From a virus: a DNA stretch of 64,000 nt. Under the pieces are notes generated by a model that searched no databases, was not told the origin of the DNA, and worked only from the letters and a program-made list of their open reading frames with translations. A program made the translations under genes and the position numbers. Where the stretch lies: positions 64,001 through 128,000 of IMG/VR virus record IMGVR_UViG_3300030497_000008, one strand, 5' to 3'. Shown here piece after piece: positions 48,325 through 57,318 of this stretch (positions within the stretch are counted from its first letter, which is position 1; each line of letters begins with the position of its first letter).

Positions 48325-48529
48325 AGAGCTACCTGTATTAGATAAAGAGATTGCTAAAGCTGTTATTGATTTTGATGGAGCTGTAGTGAGAAGTGTACAT
48401 AATGTGTGGTCTAACGGAACAGTAGTCCGTAGATATCAAGGGCAAGATAAAATGTGGACAAACAAGGATGCTAGTAAAGGTTATAAAAAAATGAGAGTAA
48501 TCATAGTAGATTGCTTAGAGGAGGAGTAA
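48311..48529 (+). CDS. Hypothetical protein
   Basis: GGAGGG SD (track 48251..48529). Confidence 0.65.
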   Translation: MMSSKELPVLDKEIAKAVIDFDGAVVRSVHNVWSNGTVVRRYQGQDKMWTNKDASKGYKKMRVIIVDCLEEE

Positions 48530-48530
48530 T

Positions 48531-48965
48531 ATGTATTATTGGAACAATGAATCATTCGAGTTCGAAGGATTGGTAGGGAAGACATTAACAAGGATTGATG
48601 ATAGCCGCGCAGATGAATTGGTATTTTATGATACCGAAGGGGAAATCTACGTGATGTACCATCAGCAGGATTGCTGCGAGTCGGTTTATATCGAAGATAT
48701 CAATGGCGACCTAGAAGACTTACTACATAGCCCGATTTTAATGGCAGAAGAATCAACGAACCATGACAGTTTAGACGCCAAAGCGGAAAAGGATGACTGG
48801 TACGACGATAGTTCGCATACATGGACATTCTATAAAATTGCTACAATTAAAGGTACAGTAACATTGCGCTGGTTAGGTACATCTAATGGCTACTATTCAG
48901 AGTCTGTAAGCTTTGTTCACGTAACAGACGCGGAGGATAAGCGTAGTTACCAAGAAAACAATTAA
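48531..48965 (+). CDS. Conserved phage protein (QDCCE..SNGYYSE family)
   Basis: HQQDCCESVYIEDI..WTFYKIAT.KG.V.LRW.G.SNGYYSE. Confidence 0.8.
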   Translation: MYYWNNESFEFEGLVGKTLTRIDDSRADELVFYDTEGEIYVMYHQQDCCESVYIEDINGDLEDLLHSPILMAEESTNHDSLDAKAEKDDWYDDSSHTWTFYKIATIKGTVTLRWLGTSNGYYSESVSFVHVTDAEDKRSYQENN

Positions 48966-48983
48966 AAAGGAGACAAGCTATAT

Positions 48984-50108
48984 ATGTTCAATAAAACAAC
49001 ACAAGAAAAGCCATTTCGTTTATACAATGAAATGCATCCTAATAGAGCAACACGTTTATTCGGAGGACGAGCTAGTGGTATCCGCAACTGGGATGACCAA
49101 TTAGTAGATATCTGGCTCGATTTCCAGAAAGCTTTATTCGCCGAGTATTGGATTCCAGAGGAAGTTAGAATGGGTAAAGACATCGAGCAATACGCATTAG
49201 AGATGTCCCGTGAAGAACGCATTACGTATGAGCGTGTTTCTGGGGCGCTGAACTGGCTTGATTCTATGGCTAGTGATGTTGTAACCCTATTGTTCATGAC
49301 AACCTCTGACCCCGCTCTACGCTCTGTTTTAACGTTAATAGCCTCATTCGAGACGACACATAACGTATCGTACGAGCATATGACATCATCTGTAATCGGA
49401 TTTGAGGAAAAACAAAAACACTTTGCTAAGGTGCGAGAGCTGTCGCTATTAGCAAAACGTAACAAGCATATCCTAGTAGACTTGGAGAATATGACAGACG
49501 TACTAGTGAAATATCTGAAACGTAAAATCGAGTTAGGTGTGTCTGATTTAGAGATGACACAAGAGGAAATTCAAACCATCTTTAAAGGCTTAGTAGCTTA
49601 TCAGATTTTAGAAGGGTTATATTTCTCTGGAGGATTCGTATACTTCCATTCTCTAGCACGTGACAACAAAATGATTGAGTCGAATAGTATGATTAATCTT
49701 ATTAAAGCGGATGAGAATCAACACTCTGAAATCTTTGGTATGATTATCAAAGTACTAGTTACAGAGAATCCATTCTTAAATACCAAAGAGAATATGGATT
49801 GGGTAATGGGGTACATTCGTGAGGCGGTACAACTAGAAAAAGAGTGGACAGCTTGGTTGTATGAGGATATCGATACATTATCAGTACCAGAGTATCACGA
49901 GTACGTCGAGTATCTAGCAAACTTAATCTGCCGCAACGCAGGTTTCCAAGAGCCGTACCCAGATAACCATGAACTAAAAGCGAAATGGATTGTTACATAC
50001 GGAAGTAAATCATCAGGAAACAACGCTATTGGAGTTAAAGCGGACTTCTTACAAACGAACGTAATCAACTACCAACATACGGATGGTAACGATGACTTCG
50101 ACTTATAA
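48984..50108 (+). CDS. nrdB: Class I ribonucleotide reductase beta subunit
   Basis: WIPEEV, LDS, ETTHNVSY (ExxH + radical Tyr), LEGLYF.GGF, DENQH. Confidence 0.93.
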   Translation: MFNKTTQEKPFRLYNEMHPNRATRLFGGRASGIRNWDDQLVDIWLDFQKALFAEYWIPEEVRMGKDIEQYALEMSREERITYERVSGALNWLDSMASDVVTLLFMTTSDPALRSVLTLIASFETTHNVSYEHMTSSVIGFEEKQKHFAKVRELSLLAKRNKHILVDLENMTDVLVKYLKRKIELGVSDLEMTQEEIQTIFKGLVAYQILEGLYFSGGFVYFHSLARDNKMIESNSMINLIKADENQHSEIFGMIIKVLVTENPFLNTKENMDWVMGYIREAVQLEKEWTAWLYEDIDTLSVPEYHEYVEYLANLICRNAGFQEPYPDNHELKAKWIVTYGSKSSGNNAIGVKADFLQTNVINYQHTDGNDDFDL

Positions 50109-50544
50109 GAGTGCAGCGTTGTTTGTATATTCTAGGAAGGGGAATACCGTTGGTATTCTCAATAACCTAGATGAGACGGATGTTACGTACATACATAGAT
50201 GGACAAAAGACTTAACTCCAGAAGAAGTGAAGAAGTCGTTCGATAATAGTGAAGTGATTCTATTAGGGTTACCTACATACTATCCCACTTATCAGACAGA
50301 ACCAGAGTTTCCTAAATATTTAAAAGATTTTGAAGAAACTATCTTGACACTTAAAGGAAAAACTATTATACTATTTGGTAGTGGTAGAAGTGAATACGCG
50401 TTGTTCTGCGGGGTACTCGACTATATGTATGAAAAGTTATCTTATCAAAATACAGTTCATATGTTTAAATTCGAAGGATACCCTAAACAAGAGCAAATCG
50501 ACTCATTTGAACTACTAGTAAGAGATGTTTTAGAAGGGAGATAG
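50083..50544 (+). CDS. Flavodoxin (NrdI-like RNR activator)
   Basis: VYSRKGNT, LGLPTY, FGSG...Y..FCG flavodoxin motifs; follows nrdB. Confidence 0.85.
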   Translation: MVTMTSTYKSAALFVYSRKGNTVGILNNLDETDVTYIHRWTKDLTPEEVKKSFDNSEVILLGLPTYYPTYQTEPEFPKYLKDFEETILTLKGKTIILFGSGRSEYALFCGVLDYMYEKLSYQNTVHMFKFEGYPKQEQIDSFELLVRDVLEGR

Positions 50545-50548
50545 ATAA

Positions 50549-51013
50549 GTGGACGGGCTATCACTTGTTAGAGATGCTGTGGCGGAAGAAATGGCTAAAA
50601 GGCTAGACGAGGACATACTTAGACACATGGATGGTATTGACCTAATAACAGAAATGGAGGAAAATAGTTTGGTAGAATTATCAGGAGATGAAGCGTTACA
50701 TATTAATGGGATGTTATCAGAAGTTTATGATATTTTATCTAAAGACTATGCTGATATGAATTGGGATGACGCTGTTATCGAAGAAGTACATAATCGCATG
50801 TTGGTCATGCTGCAAGAATTAGCTAGTAAACGTCGTTCTAAACGAGTTTCTATGAACTTGAAACAAGCCTTAGATATCATTCACGGTAAAGGTAACTATG
50901 AGCTAGAATGTAGACGTGATGGGGACAAGCTTACATACGCATTAGCAGTCAAGAACAAAGTTAGCAAATTTGATGTAACTTTAGACCAAGAAAAGTTTAA
51001 AATCGGAGGATAA
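50549..51013 (+). CDS. Hypothetical protein
   Basis: GTG start with AAGGGAG SD. Confidence 0.7.
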   Translation: MDGLSLVRDAVAEEMAKRLDEDILRHMDGIDLITEMEENSLVELSGDEALHINGMLSEVYDILSKDYADMNWDDAVIEEVHNRMLVMLQELASKRRSKRVSMNLKQALDIIHGKGNYELECRRDGDKLTYALAVKNKVSKFDVTLDQEKFKIGG

Positions 51014-51018
51014 TACAT

Positions 51019-51288
51019 ATGAAAAAGTTAATTAAAGTAGAACAAACAGGATGCGCTCCGTGTATCGCTGTAGGTAATTATTTAAAGGATGAACTAGATG
51101 TACCGCACACAGTAGTAAACGTAGGAGACCGTCCAGATGTAGCTGCATTCTATGAACTAGCATCAGTGCCTACAACTCTATTAATCGAGGTAGAAGACCC
51201 AGAAGAGTTAAAAGGTAAAGAGCTTGCTCGTTCAATTAAATTCAACCCAGCGGAGCTAGATGAATTAGCTGCGGCATTAGCTGAGTAG
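51019..51288 (+). CDS. Thioredoxin / NrdH-like redoxin
   Basis: CAPC and SVPT motifs. Confidence 0.88.
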   Translation: MKKLIKVEQTGCAPCIAVGNYLKDELDVPHTVVNVGDRPDVAAFYELASVPTTLLIEVEDPEELKGKELARSIKFNPAELDELAAALAE

Positions 51289-51488
51289 TGAAGGCTCTAC
51301 GTAAAGAAGATTTACTCCGCCTCATTGAACACAACTTTGAGGACGGAGAGCTAATCTTTGAAGATAACTGGAAGTTAGCAGAGCTGTGGAAGCAGCTCGC
51401 CGATGAATGGTTTATCGTGGATGGGGGATGGCAGCTAGTAGAAGAGAATAAACGAATGAAGAAAGCAAGGGAGGCGTGGAGTGAGTGA
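51288..51488 (+). CDS. Hypothetical protein
   Basis: Translationally coupled ORF. Confidence 0.6.
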   Translation: MKALRKEDLLRLIEHNFEDGELIFEDNWKLAELWKQLADEWFIVDGGWQLVEENKRMKKAREAWSE

Positions 51489-51916
51489 GTTCTGAAATTT
51501 ACGGAGTTCGGATACCTTTAGAAGAACGTGCACCTTGGACAGAATTCGAATTAGAGCCTATGGTAAAATTTACACTACATAACATCACAGAAGCAGCAAA
51601 AAAGGTTTTCGGTACAGGCGATATAGGGATTATCGATAATATGAGCGAAATCAGAATACAGTTACCAGCAGAAGCGTATAACCAACTGTCGTTTGAGAAG
51701 ATTAATAGGTTCGAGTATTTGTGCAGACCTGCTGGTTATTTCTTCTCATATACGGAAAAGGTTACTCTAGAACCTATCGAGGTACTAGCGGAGTTAAAAA
51801 GTGTGAAGAGGGGCTTAGAAAGTAATGAAGAATACGATGGGTTCATCCGAGGACAGTTATCAGCATACTCTCACGCAATTGAGCTAGTAAGACAATTAGT
51901 AAAGGAGACGATGTAA
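51485..51916 (+). CDS. Hypothetical protein
   Basis: GGAGG SD; C-terminal FIRGQLSAY resembles the 35688/35920 pair. Confidence 0.7.
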   Translation: MSSEIYGVRIPLEERAPWTEFELEPMVKFTLHNITEAAKKVFGTGDIGIIDNMSEIRIQLPAEAYNQLSFEKINRFEYLCRPAGYFFSYTEKVTLEPIEVLAELKSVKRGLESNEEYDGFIRGQLSAYSHAIELVRQLVKETM

Positions 51917-52371
51917 TGGAATGTAATAATACGCATTGTTTATGGAACATGTTCGACCAATGTTGTCACGAGTCGGAAGAAGGTTTTGATATGGCGACCC
52001 CAAACGCCTTAGATTGCCCATCTTCTCTACGTACTGACTTTCAATATGGAGTCTCTTATACATTTCATTATGTATGCGATAAGTTCGAAGAGCTAAATAC
52101 AATTGAGCAGCGTAAAGTTCTTAACTTCGTTCTCGACCAAAGACAAGAGATGGATAACTATACTTGGTATAGATACATAGGAATGACAGCAGCTATGATT
52201 GATGCTTGTTCTCGACGTAAACTACTAGAGCTTTTAGAGATTAGAAAGTTCATTGATGAAGGTGGGTATAAGAACCCTTGGTCTACGGAACTTGCTGACC
52301 ATCCAATTCAAGCACCAGCGCTAGTACTTAATGTGTTAAAGGAGAGAAAAAATGGCGAAGCTAAAGTATGA
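51916..52371 (+). CDS. Hypothetical protein with Cys-rich N-terminus
   Basis: CNNTHCLWN..CC..CPS. Confidence 0.7.
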   Translation: MECNNTHCLWNMFDQCCHESEEGFDMATPNALDCPSSLRTDFQYGVSYTFHYVCDKFEELNTIEQRKVLNFVLDQRQEMDNYTWYRYIGMTAAMIDACSRRKLLELLEIRKFIDEGGYKNPWSTELADHPIQAPALVLNVLKERKNGEAKV

Positions 52372-52576
52372 AACACATGTGAATGCTGATATCTTTACAT
52401 TGATTTGTACAGAGTATAACGCAGAAGCAGAAATCTCCTTCGATTTAACGACCGTAGAGGTATGTAGCCTTGAAGTTGGTAAATGTTCAATCGGTAACCT
52501 AGAAAAGTTAGTTAAACTGGCTAAGAAGGAGTTTACAGGAGTTTTAATTGAACAACGTGTCGGAGGTATGATGTAA
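52352..52576 (+). CDS. Hypothetical protein
   Basis: AAGGAG SD. Confidence 0.65.
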   Translation: MAKLKYETHVNADIFTLICTEYNAEAEISFDLTTVEVCSLEVGKCSIGNLEKLVKLAKKEFTGVLIEQRVGGMM

Positions 52577-52746
52577 TGTATAGTTATGCTGTTACTTACT
52601 ACGATGAAGATTTTAAGGAATTCAACGTAACGTTAGATGCGAAAAACTTAACAATGCTAGAACAGATTGTACATAGAATTCAATACAGTAAAGCCAAGAA
52701 AATTATCATCACTAAAATTAAGTGGCTTGGCTTAAAAGAACACTAA
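52576..52746 (+). CDS. 56-aa hypothetical protein (not in ORF track)
   Basis: MYSYAVTYYDEDFKEFNVTLDAKNLTMLEQIVHRIQYSKAKKIIITKIKWLGLKEH*, GGAGG SD, TAATG coupling. Confidence 0.65.
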   Translation: MYSYAVTYYDEDFKEFNVTLDAKNLTMLEQIVHRIQYSKAKKIIITKIKWLGLKEH

Positions 52747-52775
52747 GTAGAGGCTCTTTTCGTCTCTACTTTTTT
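52746..52775 (+). terminator. Rho-independent terminator
   Basis: AGTAGAG...CTCTACT plus T-run. Confidence 0.75.
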
Positions 52776-52823
52776 CTATATGATATAATTAAAGTAGAGA
52801 TAAATAAAGAAAAGAGGTATATA

Positions 52824-53594
52824 ATGGTTAAAAAAATGGCACGAAAACGATTATGTAATATTTATAATAGTGATAGAAGCATTAATGCAAACTTCACACT
52901 TGTGAAAGATGAGAATGCAGCTATTAAAGTAACCCGTCTTAATGAGGGGGAAGTTGAACAGGCGATGGATAAATTATCTGAACAATCAGAACTCTTTCCT
53001 ATTAGAGACGATAAGAGATATATGATTTTCAAACAGAAGTACGGCAATGACACATTGAATAATAAGATATTTAAGCATGGAGGATACGTCCAGTACTACA
53101 GTGAAGGGAAAGCTCCGATACCTGTAATTAATGCTCTCGCTAAAGTCCCTACATCAGAGATTATCTATGCACCTCAGAAAGAATATCCTCGTGATGTAGT
53201 AGAGAATGTTCATCTAGCATCAATGGCTACTAGTGTCGTAGTAGACGTACCTATCGTATTACCTGATATCAACGTGTATGACTATTTATTTGCCTTATAC
53301 CCGCTACGATATCATGTCGATAAAGTTCGAGTATCTTTCCCTCCATTAGAACCAGAAGAAATGACAAAGGAACGTAAGAAGTACTACACGAAACGGAAGG
53401 GAAAATACTACATGAAGCCACAGTATAAATATGAGTGCTTCTGTCACCTTCAAGAGCCTCTGTCTACATGGAAAATGAACATCTGGTTAGTATGTGATAC
53501 CGAAAAGGATAAAGAAACCGTGAAAGAGCTTGTAGACACGAATAACAGGAAGTTCAAGTATACGCATCATGTATCTCTTATGGAGGATGAGTGA
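52824..53594 (+). CDS. Conserved Herelleviridae protein preceding HU/IHF and polymerase (often annotated DNA-binding)
   Basis: Synteny; ATG 52824 with GAGG SD after TGATATAAT. Confidence 0.7.
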   Translation: MVKKMARKRLCNIYNSDRSINANFTLVKDENAAIKVTRLNEGEVEQAMDKLSEQSELFPIRDDKRYMIFKQKYGNDTLNNKIFKHGGYVQYYSEGKAPIPVINALAKVPTSEIIYAPQKEYPRDVVENVHLASMATSVVVDVPIVLPDINVYDYLFALYPLRYHVDKVRVSFPPLEPEEMTKERKKYYTKRKGKYYMKPQYKYECFCHLQEPLSTWKMNIWLVCDTEKDKETVKELVDTNNRKFKYTHHVSLMEDE

Positions 53595-53595
53595 T

Positions 53596-53940
53596 ATGCT
53601 AAGTGAAGTGTTAGTTAATCGTACGGAGATGGCGAGAAGGATTGCTATTAACGGTGGATATACACAGAAGGAGATAGAGAAGATACTTAAGCTGCAAGAG
53701 GATGTTATTGAAGAGGCGATGTATCGCGGAGAGACTGTAAAGCATGGGAAGTTATATAAACTATCTTTACATGAGCTTCCTGAGAAAGAATGTTGGGATA
53801 ACTTTAATGACCGATATGTGACAAGAAAGGCTGTCTACACACCTAAATTCCAGCCGCTTATTCGATTAGAACAAATACGTATACCTGTGAAGGAGGAAGA
53901 GAAGGATGTTCAAGAAGCTACTAGCGAAGATAAAGGATAA
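53596..53940 (+). CDS. HU/IHF-like DNA-bending protein
   Basis: NRTEMARRIA..YTQKEIEKIL..I.EAM.RGETV..PKFQP HU-fold pattern. Confidence 0.8.
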   Translation: MLSEVLVNRTEMARRIAINGGYTQKEIEKILKLQEDVIEEAMYRGETVKHGKLYKLSLHELPEKECWDNFNDRYVTRKAVYTPKFQPLIRLEQIRIPVKEEEKDVQEATSEDKG

Positions 53941-54145
53941 GTTAAAGCCTAAGACTAAGGTGAAGAAGCGACAGACTTGTGAAGTGTTTTGTCCGAAATG
54001 TGGAATAGGTTTAATAGAATCGATGAGCCACTTTACATATATTGAGGATGATAGATTAGTTAAATACACTTGTGTAGTATGTGGAACGCGGTCTCACTGG
54101 GATTTTGACCCACCTGTACCTATCTTTATTAGAGAGGAGAAATAA
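53906..54145 (+). CDS. Zn-ribbon protein
   Basis: CPKC and CVVC pairs. Confidence 0.7.
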   Translation: MFKKLLAKIKDKLKPKTKVKKRQTCEVFCPKCGIGLIESMSHFTYIEDDRLVKYTCVVCGTRSHWDFDPPVPIFIREEK

Positions 54146-54199
54146 TTCTTCTCTTTTTTTATTTTAATAGTTGACTTAAAGTAAAACGGATGATAAGAT
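54131..54199 (+). promoter_or_regulatory. Terminator plus sigma-A promoter with palindromic operator over -35
   Basis: Hairpin and T-run at 54131-54160; TTGACT(54171)-N17-TAAGAT, TG extended; TTGACTTAAAGTAAA. Confidence 0.75.
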
Positions 54200-54229
54200 T
54201 AAGACAAGTTAAAGAAAGGGGAGAGAAAA

Positions 54230-54436
54230 ATGGAAATCTATGAGTACAAATCAATACCATCATCTATTAAACTATTTCAAGATGAGTCAGAGCTAAATAA
54301 GTTAGGTGCAGAGGGTTGGGAATTAGTCATGATGGTGGCTGCTAGAGTTATCTTCAAAAGAAAAATTGAAGTGAAAGTAAGCATTAAGATTGATTTATCT
54401 GACGCTGAGGTGAGTAAAGATGAGCTCTTACGCTAG
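54230..54436 (+). CDS. DUF4177-like protein
   Basis: YEYK..LNKLGAEGWELV..IFKR. Confidence 0.8.
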   Translation: MEIYEYKSIPSSIKLFQDESELNKLGAEGWELVMMVAARVIFKRKIEVKVSIKIDLSDAEVSKDELLR

Positions 54437-54602
54437 AGATATGGTAGAAGGATATGAGGACATTGCTAGGGGTATAGAAGAGTTTCTGGAAAATGAAGAC
54501 CTTAGTAAAGCGGATTTAATAAAGAAATTAGAATCTATTAAAAGAGGCTGCTGGTCTAAATATAATGACGGAGCTTATTCATTAGGATGGAGGGATAACT
54601 AA
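54420..54602 (+). CDS. Hypothetical protein
   Basis: GAGGTG SD, coupled. Confidence 0.65.
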   Translation: MSSYARDMVEGYEDIARGIEEFLENEDLSKADLIKKLESIKRGCWSKYNDGAYSLGWRDN

Positions 54603-54877
54603 TGAGAAATGCAGGAAGTAGACTATATGATTATGTAACACTTGAAAAGGTTTGGAAGGAAGAAGAGCAAGAAGGATTCATGATTATCGGATGCTCTGGA
54701 GATATCGATTATAAAGGTATCAGAAAAGTGATTGGGATGTACATCGGTAAAAACCTAAACATCTATAAAAACAAAGAAAAACTAGATAGAAACTATGATA
54801 AATCAGTAGAAATCCTAAAAGAGCATTACGAGAACGTTGTGATTGGTAGAGACGGATTTGACTACATTGTAGCTTAG
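54602..54877 (+). CDS. Hypothetical protein
   Basis: GGAGG SD, coupled. Confidence 0.7.
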   Translation: MRNAGSRLYDYVTLEKVWKEEEQEGFMIIGCSGDIDYKGIRKVIGMYIGKNLNIYKNKEKLDRNYDKSVEILKEHYENVVIGRDGFDYIVA

Positions 54878-54888
54878 GAGATGATTAA

Positions 54889-55086
54889 ATGTTTACATTG
54901 TACACATTTACGTACGGCGCACTTTGCAAGCATGATTTTGATGATGCGAGTTCTGCACTTGCATTTATGATAGCTGGTGTAGACGCTGGGGACTTCACAC
55001 CTGCATCACTATGGGAGAGAACTCCAGAAGGTGCTAAAGTTATGTTTAATAGACAGGAATTAAGAGACATTTATATTGAAAGCTAA
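54889..55086 (+). CDS. Hypothetical protein
   Basis: AGGAG SD. Confidence 0.7.
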   Translation: MFTLYTFTYGALCKHDFDDASSALAFMIAGVDAGDFTPASLWERTPEGAKVMFNRQELRDIYIES

Positions 55087-55100
55087 GGAGGAGAATTAAT

Positions 55101-55544
55101 ATGACATATGAAGAGATGCAAGCAGAGATTAAGTTTCAAGAGCAGCAGTTATTACAAATGAAACAAGCAGCAGAGGTTCAACGATTAAAAGAAAAAGGTA
55201 TGAACTTCGAGAGTAAAGGTATATGGAAAGTTACTACAGAAGGTGATGAGGAAGGTAGAAGTACTAGAGATTTAGGCATTCATAAAGGAGATATCATTTA
55301 CATAGCTCAAAAACTAGCGCAACATGAGTTTTACAAATTAACATTTACTCGTGTAAATCCGAAAGAAGAGGATGTTGTGTTACCTCAAAAAGGTGAAGTA
55401 CACATAACTGTGTATGGTGACGATAACATTGAAGATGAGCACGATTTATTAGCAGCATTGTCAGGTAAAGCTCTTGACGGAGAGAAAGTATCGTTAGGTC
55501 AGTACTATAAGTCTGTAAAATTTACATGGGGGTTGGATAAATAA
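55101..55544 (+). CDS. Hypothetical protein
   Basis: AAGGAGG SD; GIWKVTTEGDEEGRSTRDLG. Confidence 0.75.
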   Translation: MTYEEMQAEIKFQEQQLLQMKQAAEVQRLKEKGMNFESKGIWKVTTEGDEEGRSTRDLGIHKGDIIYIAQKLAQHEFYKLTFTRVNPKEEDVVLPQKGEVHITVYGDDNIEDEHDLLAALSGKALDGEKVSLGQYYKSVKFTWGLDK

Positions 55545-55545
55545 T

Positions 55546-55905
55546 ATGGCTATTAAAAGAGAATTGTTAGAAGTGGAAGTTACGTTTAACGAGACGGAGA
55601 TTTATGCTCAAAGCGCGAAGGATGCAGTAGAGCATCGATTGTACAATGTCGATGGCGTATTAGAATGGGACACGTATATGCTTACATCATTAGATAACGA
55701 CGACGACGATACTACAACAGAGCAGTTCTTATTATGTGTAGTATATAATACATACGATTTATCAGGAAGTAGTTTGGAGGATGTAATCGATACAGAGTTA
55801 TACACAGAGGATGGGGTTATTAGTTACGCTACGCAGCCGTTAAAAGAAAGAACATTAGATGCTACAATTGCACTGGAGGAAATTATCTATGGTTATAGTA
55901 ATTAA
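55546..55905 (+). CDS. Highly acidic protein with internal duplication
   Basis: Two similar halves, each ending LY..DGV. Confidence 0.75.
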   Translation: MAIKRELLEVEVTFNETEIYAQSAKDAVEHRLYNVDGVLEWDTYMLTSLDNDDDDTTTEQFLLCVVYNTYDLSGSSLEDVIDTELYTEDGVISYATQPLKERTLDATIALEEIIYGYSN

Positions 55906-56074
55906 TTTCGGTGAGTATGAGTTCACGAGATTTAGAGACGCAGTACATACATTAGAGATGGAATATGGGTATGAAGGTGAAGCTTGGGAAATGGTAGTAG
56001 CAAGTGAAGACCTAGAAATATTGGGAGACTTCTTAGACATGGAAGGTTTCCACGTAGAAATGGAGGCACAATAA
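55889..56074 (+). CDS. Small acidic hypothetical protein
   Basis: GGAGG SD at ATG 55889. Confidence 0.7.
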   Translation: MVIVINFGEYEFTRFRDAVHTLEMEYGYEGEAWEMVVASEDLEILGDFLDMEGFHVEMEAQ

Positions 56075-56075
56075 A

Positions 56076-56552
56076 ATGATTAAAACATATAGCGGAGTAC
56101 ACGTACTGGAAGAATTGAACAACCACTGGTTGGTGAAAGAGGATGCTGATGGTGACATCACGTATAATTATAGGATTTTGAATGGCACTCTATATAAGGC
56201 GTTTTATCGACAGAATAAGTGGCATATAGAAAAGTCTAATGTAAACTTAAACTACTTCCTATCGGGAGAATTTGAAGTATCAGATGACCGTGTTAAGATT
56301 TCTGACAGATTCGTGGAGTACGATGGCAGAACTATTAGACTAAAAGAAGTGCCGCTAACAGAGATGTTGTCTACTTCGGGTTTGGTGTATGGGGAAGGTG
56401 AAAAGATAGATGTTATTAAAAAGCACTATAGTTTTTTACAAAACGGTTTATTCTACTTTGATGACCTATTAAAAGCACTGGGAGAGAATTATACATCCGC
56501 CGCATGTAAGAAAACGCTGCTAGAAACAAAATGGTTTGTGGAGGTAAACTAA
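56076..56552 (+). CDS. Hypothetical protein (paralog of next gene)
   Basis: 158 aa; ends L.ALG..L.ETKWFV. Confidence 0.75.
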   Translation: MIKTYSGVHVLEELNNHWLVKEDADGDITYNYRILNGTLYKAFYRQNKWHIEKSNVNLNYFLSGEFEVSDDRVKISDRFVEYDGRTIRLKEVPLTEMLSTSGLVYGEGEKIDVIKKHYSFLQNGLFYFDDLLKALGENYTSAACKKTLLETKWFVEVN

Positions 56553-56553
56553 A

Positions 56554-57030
56554 ATGAGTGAATTTAAAGGAAAAGTATTACAAGGTGTAGAAACAATTAA
56601 AGAGATGGCAAATGGTACATGGGTGTATGATATTAACTACCCGAACGCGGTGTTTACGATTTTGGATGACGAATTAACTAGACTATGGATTCCATCGTTA
56701 GATATTCGCGCATATACAGGTGAAAATGGTTCGAGTCTCGTATTCCCTCAATTCCTAGAGAACGAGTACGCTATTTTTGCAGAAGCTGACGGATTTAGAA
56801 TCAAAGGTGGTAACTTATATGTACGTACGAACTGGGAAGGGGTTTTAAAATCGGAAGGGCAACTTATGATTTCTCATCCTAAGTTATCTATGACTAGTAT
56901 ATATGAGGATAGTTTATACACGTTTGCATCTATCCTTGAAGTGTTAGGTGATGAGCTAGCATCTCCAACAATTAAAGAGATTTTATCAGAAGCTAAGTGG
57001 TATGTACGAAAGAAAGAGGAGGCGAAATAA
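56554..57030 (+). CDS. Hypothetical protein (paralog of previous gene)
   Basis: 158 aa; ends L.VLG..LSEAKWYV. Confidence 0.75.
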   Translation: MSEFKGKVLQGVETIKEMANGTWVYDINYPNAVFTILDDELTRLWIPSLDIRAYTGENGSSLVFPQFLENEYAIFAEADGFRIKGGNLYVRTNWEGVLKSEGQLMISHPKLSMTSIYEDSLYTFASILEVLGDELASPTIKEILSEAKWYVRKKEEAK

Positions 57031-57031
57031 T

Positions 57032-57247
57032 ATGAATACTATGAGCATTGTATTTGTATTTAAGGATGGGCGAAACTTCCGAGTAGACAATATTCAAGAT
57101 GAATTCCAACAATTTTCAAGTAATAACTGTGCTAGTCACTGGGCTGTGTTTAGAGACGTCACGATTAATATGCAGGATGTATCATATTTTTATGTAAATA
57201 AAGAGAAAGTAACACCATCGCAGGTAGCTGCTAGTTTCGAAAAGTAG
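57032..57247 (+). CDS. Hypothetical protein
   Basis: GGAGG SD at ATG 57032. Confidence 0.7.
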   Translation: MNTMSIVFVFKDGRNFRVDNIQDEFQQFSSNNCASHWAVFRDVTINMQDVSYFYVNKEKVTPSQVAASFEK

Positions 57248-57300
57248 GAGAGGGGATACCCTCTCTTTTTGTTGTAGTTTCTAGTAAAATATGATATAAT
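57248..57300 (+). promoter_or_regulatory. Terminator and polymerase promoter
   Basis: GAGAGGG-gata-CCCTCTC-T5; TGATATAAT at 57292-57300. Confidence 0.75.
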
Positions 57301-57318
57301 TGAGGAGAAGGAGGAGAT

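Noticed and set aside
48984-50108. Metal-free (class Ie) or Tyr-less (class Ic) RNR beta subunit
   Set aside because: The carboxylate and His ligands and the radical Tyr all appear to be present.
52722-52823. N-terminal extension of the 290-aa ORF
   Set aside because: It overlaps an upstream small gene, a terminator and a promoter; ATG 52824 has the SD.
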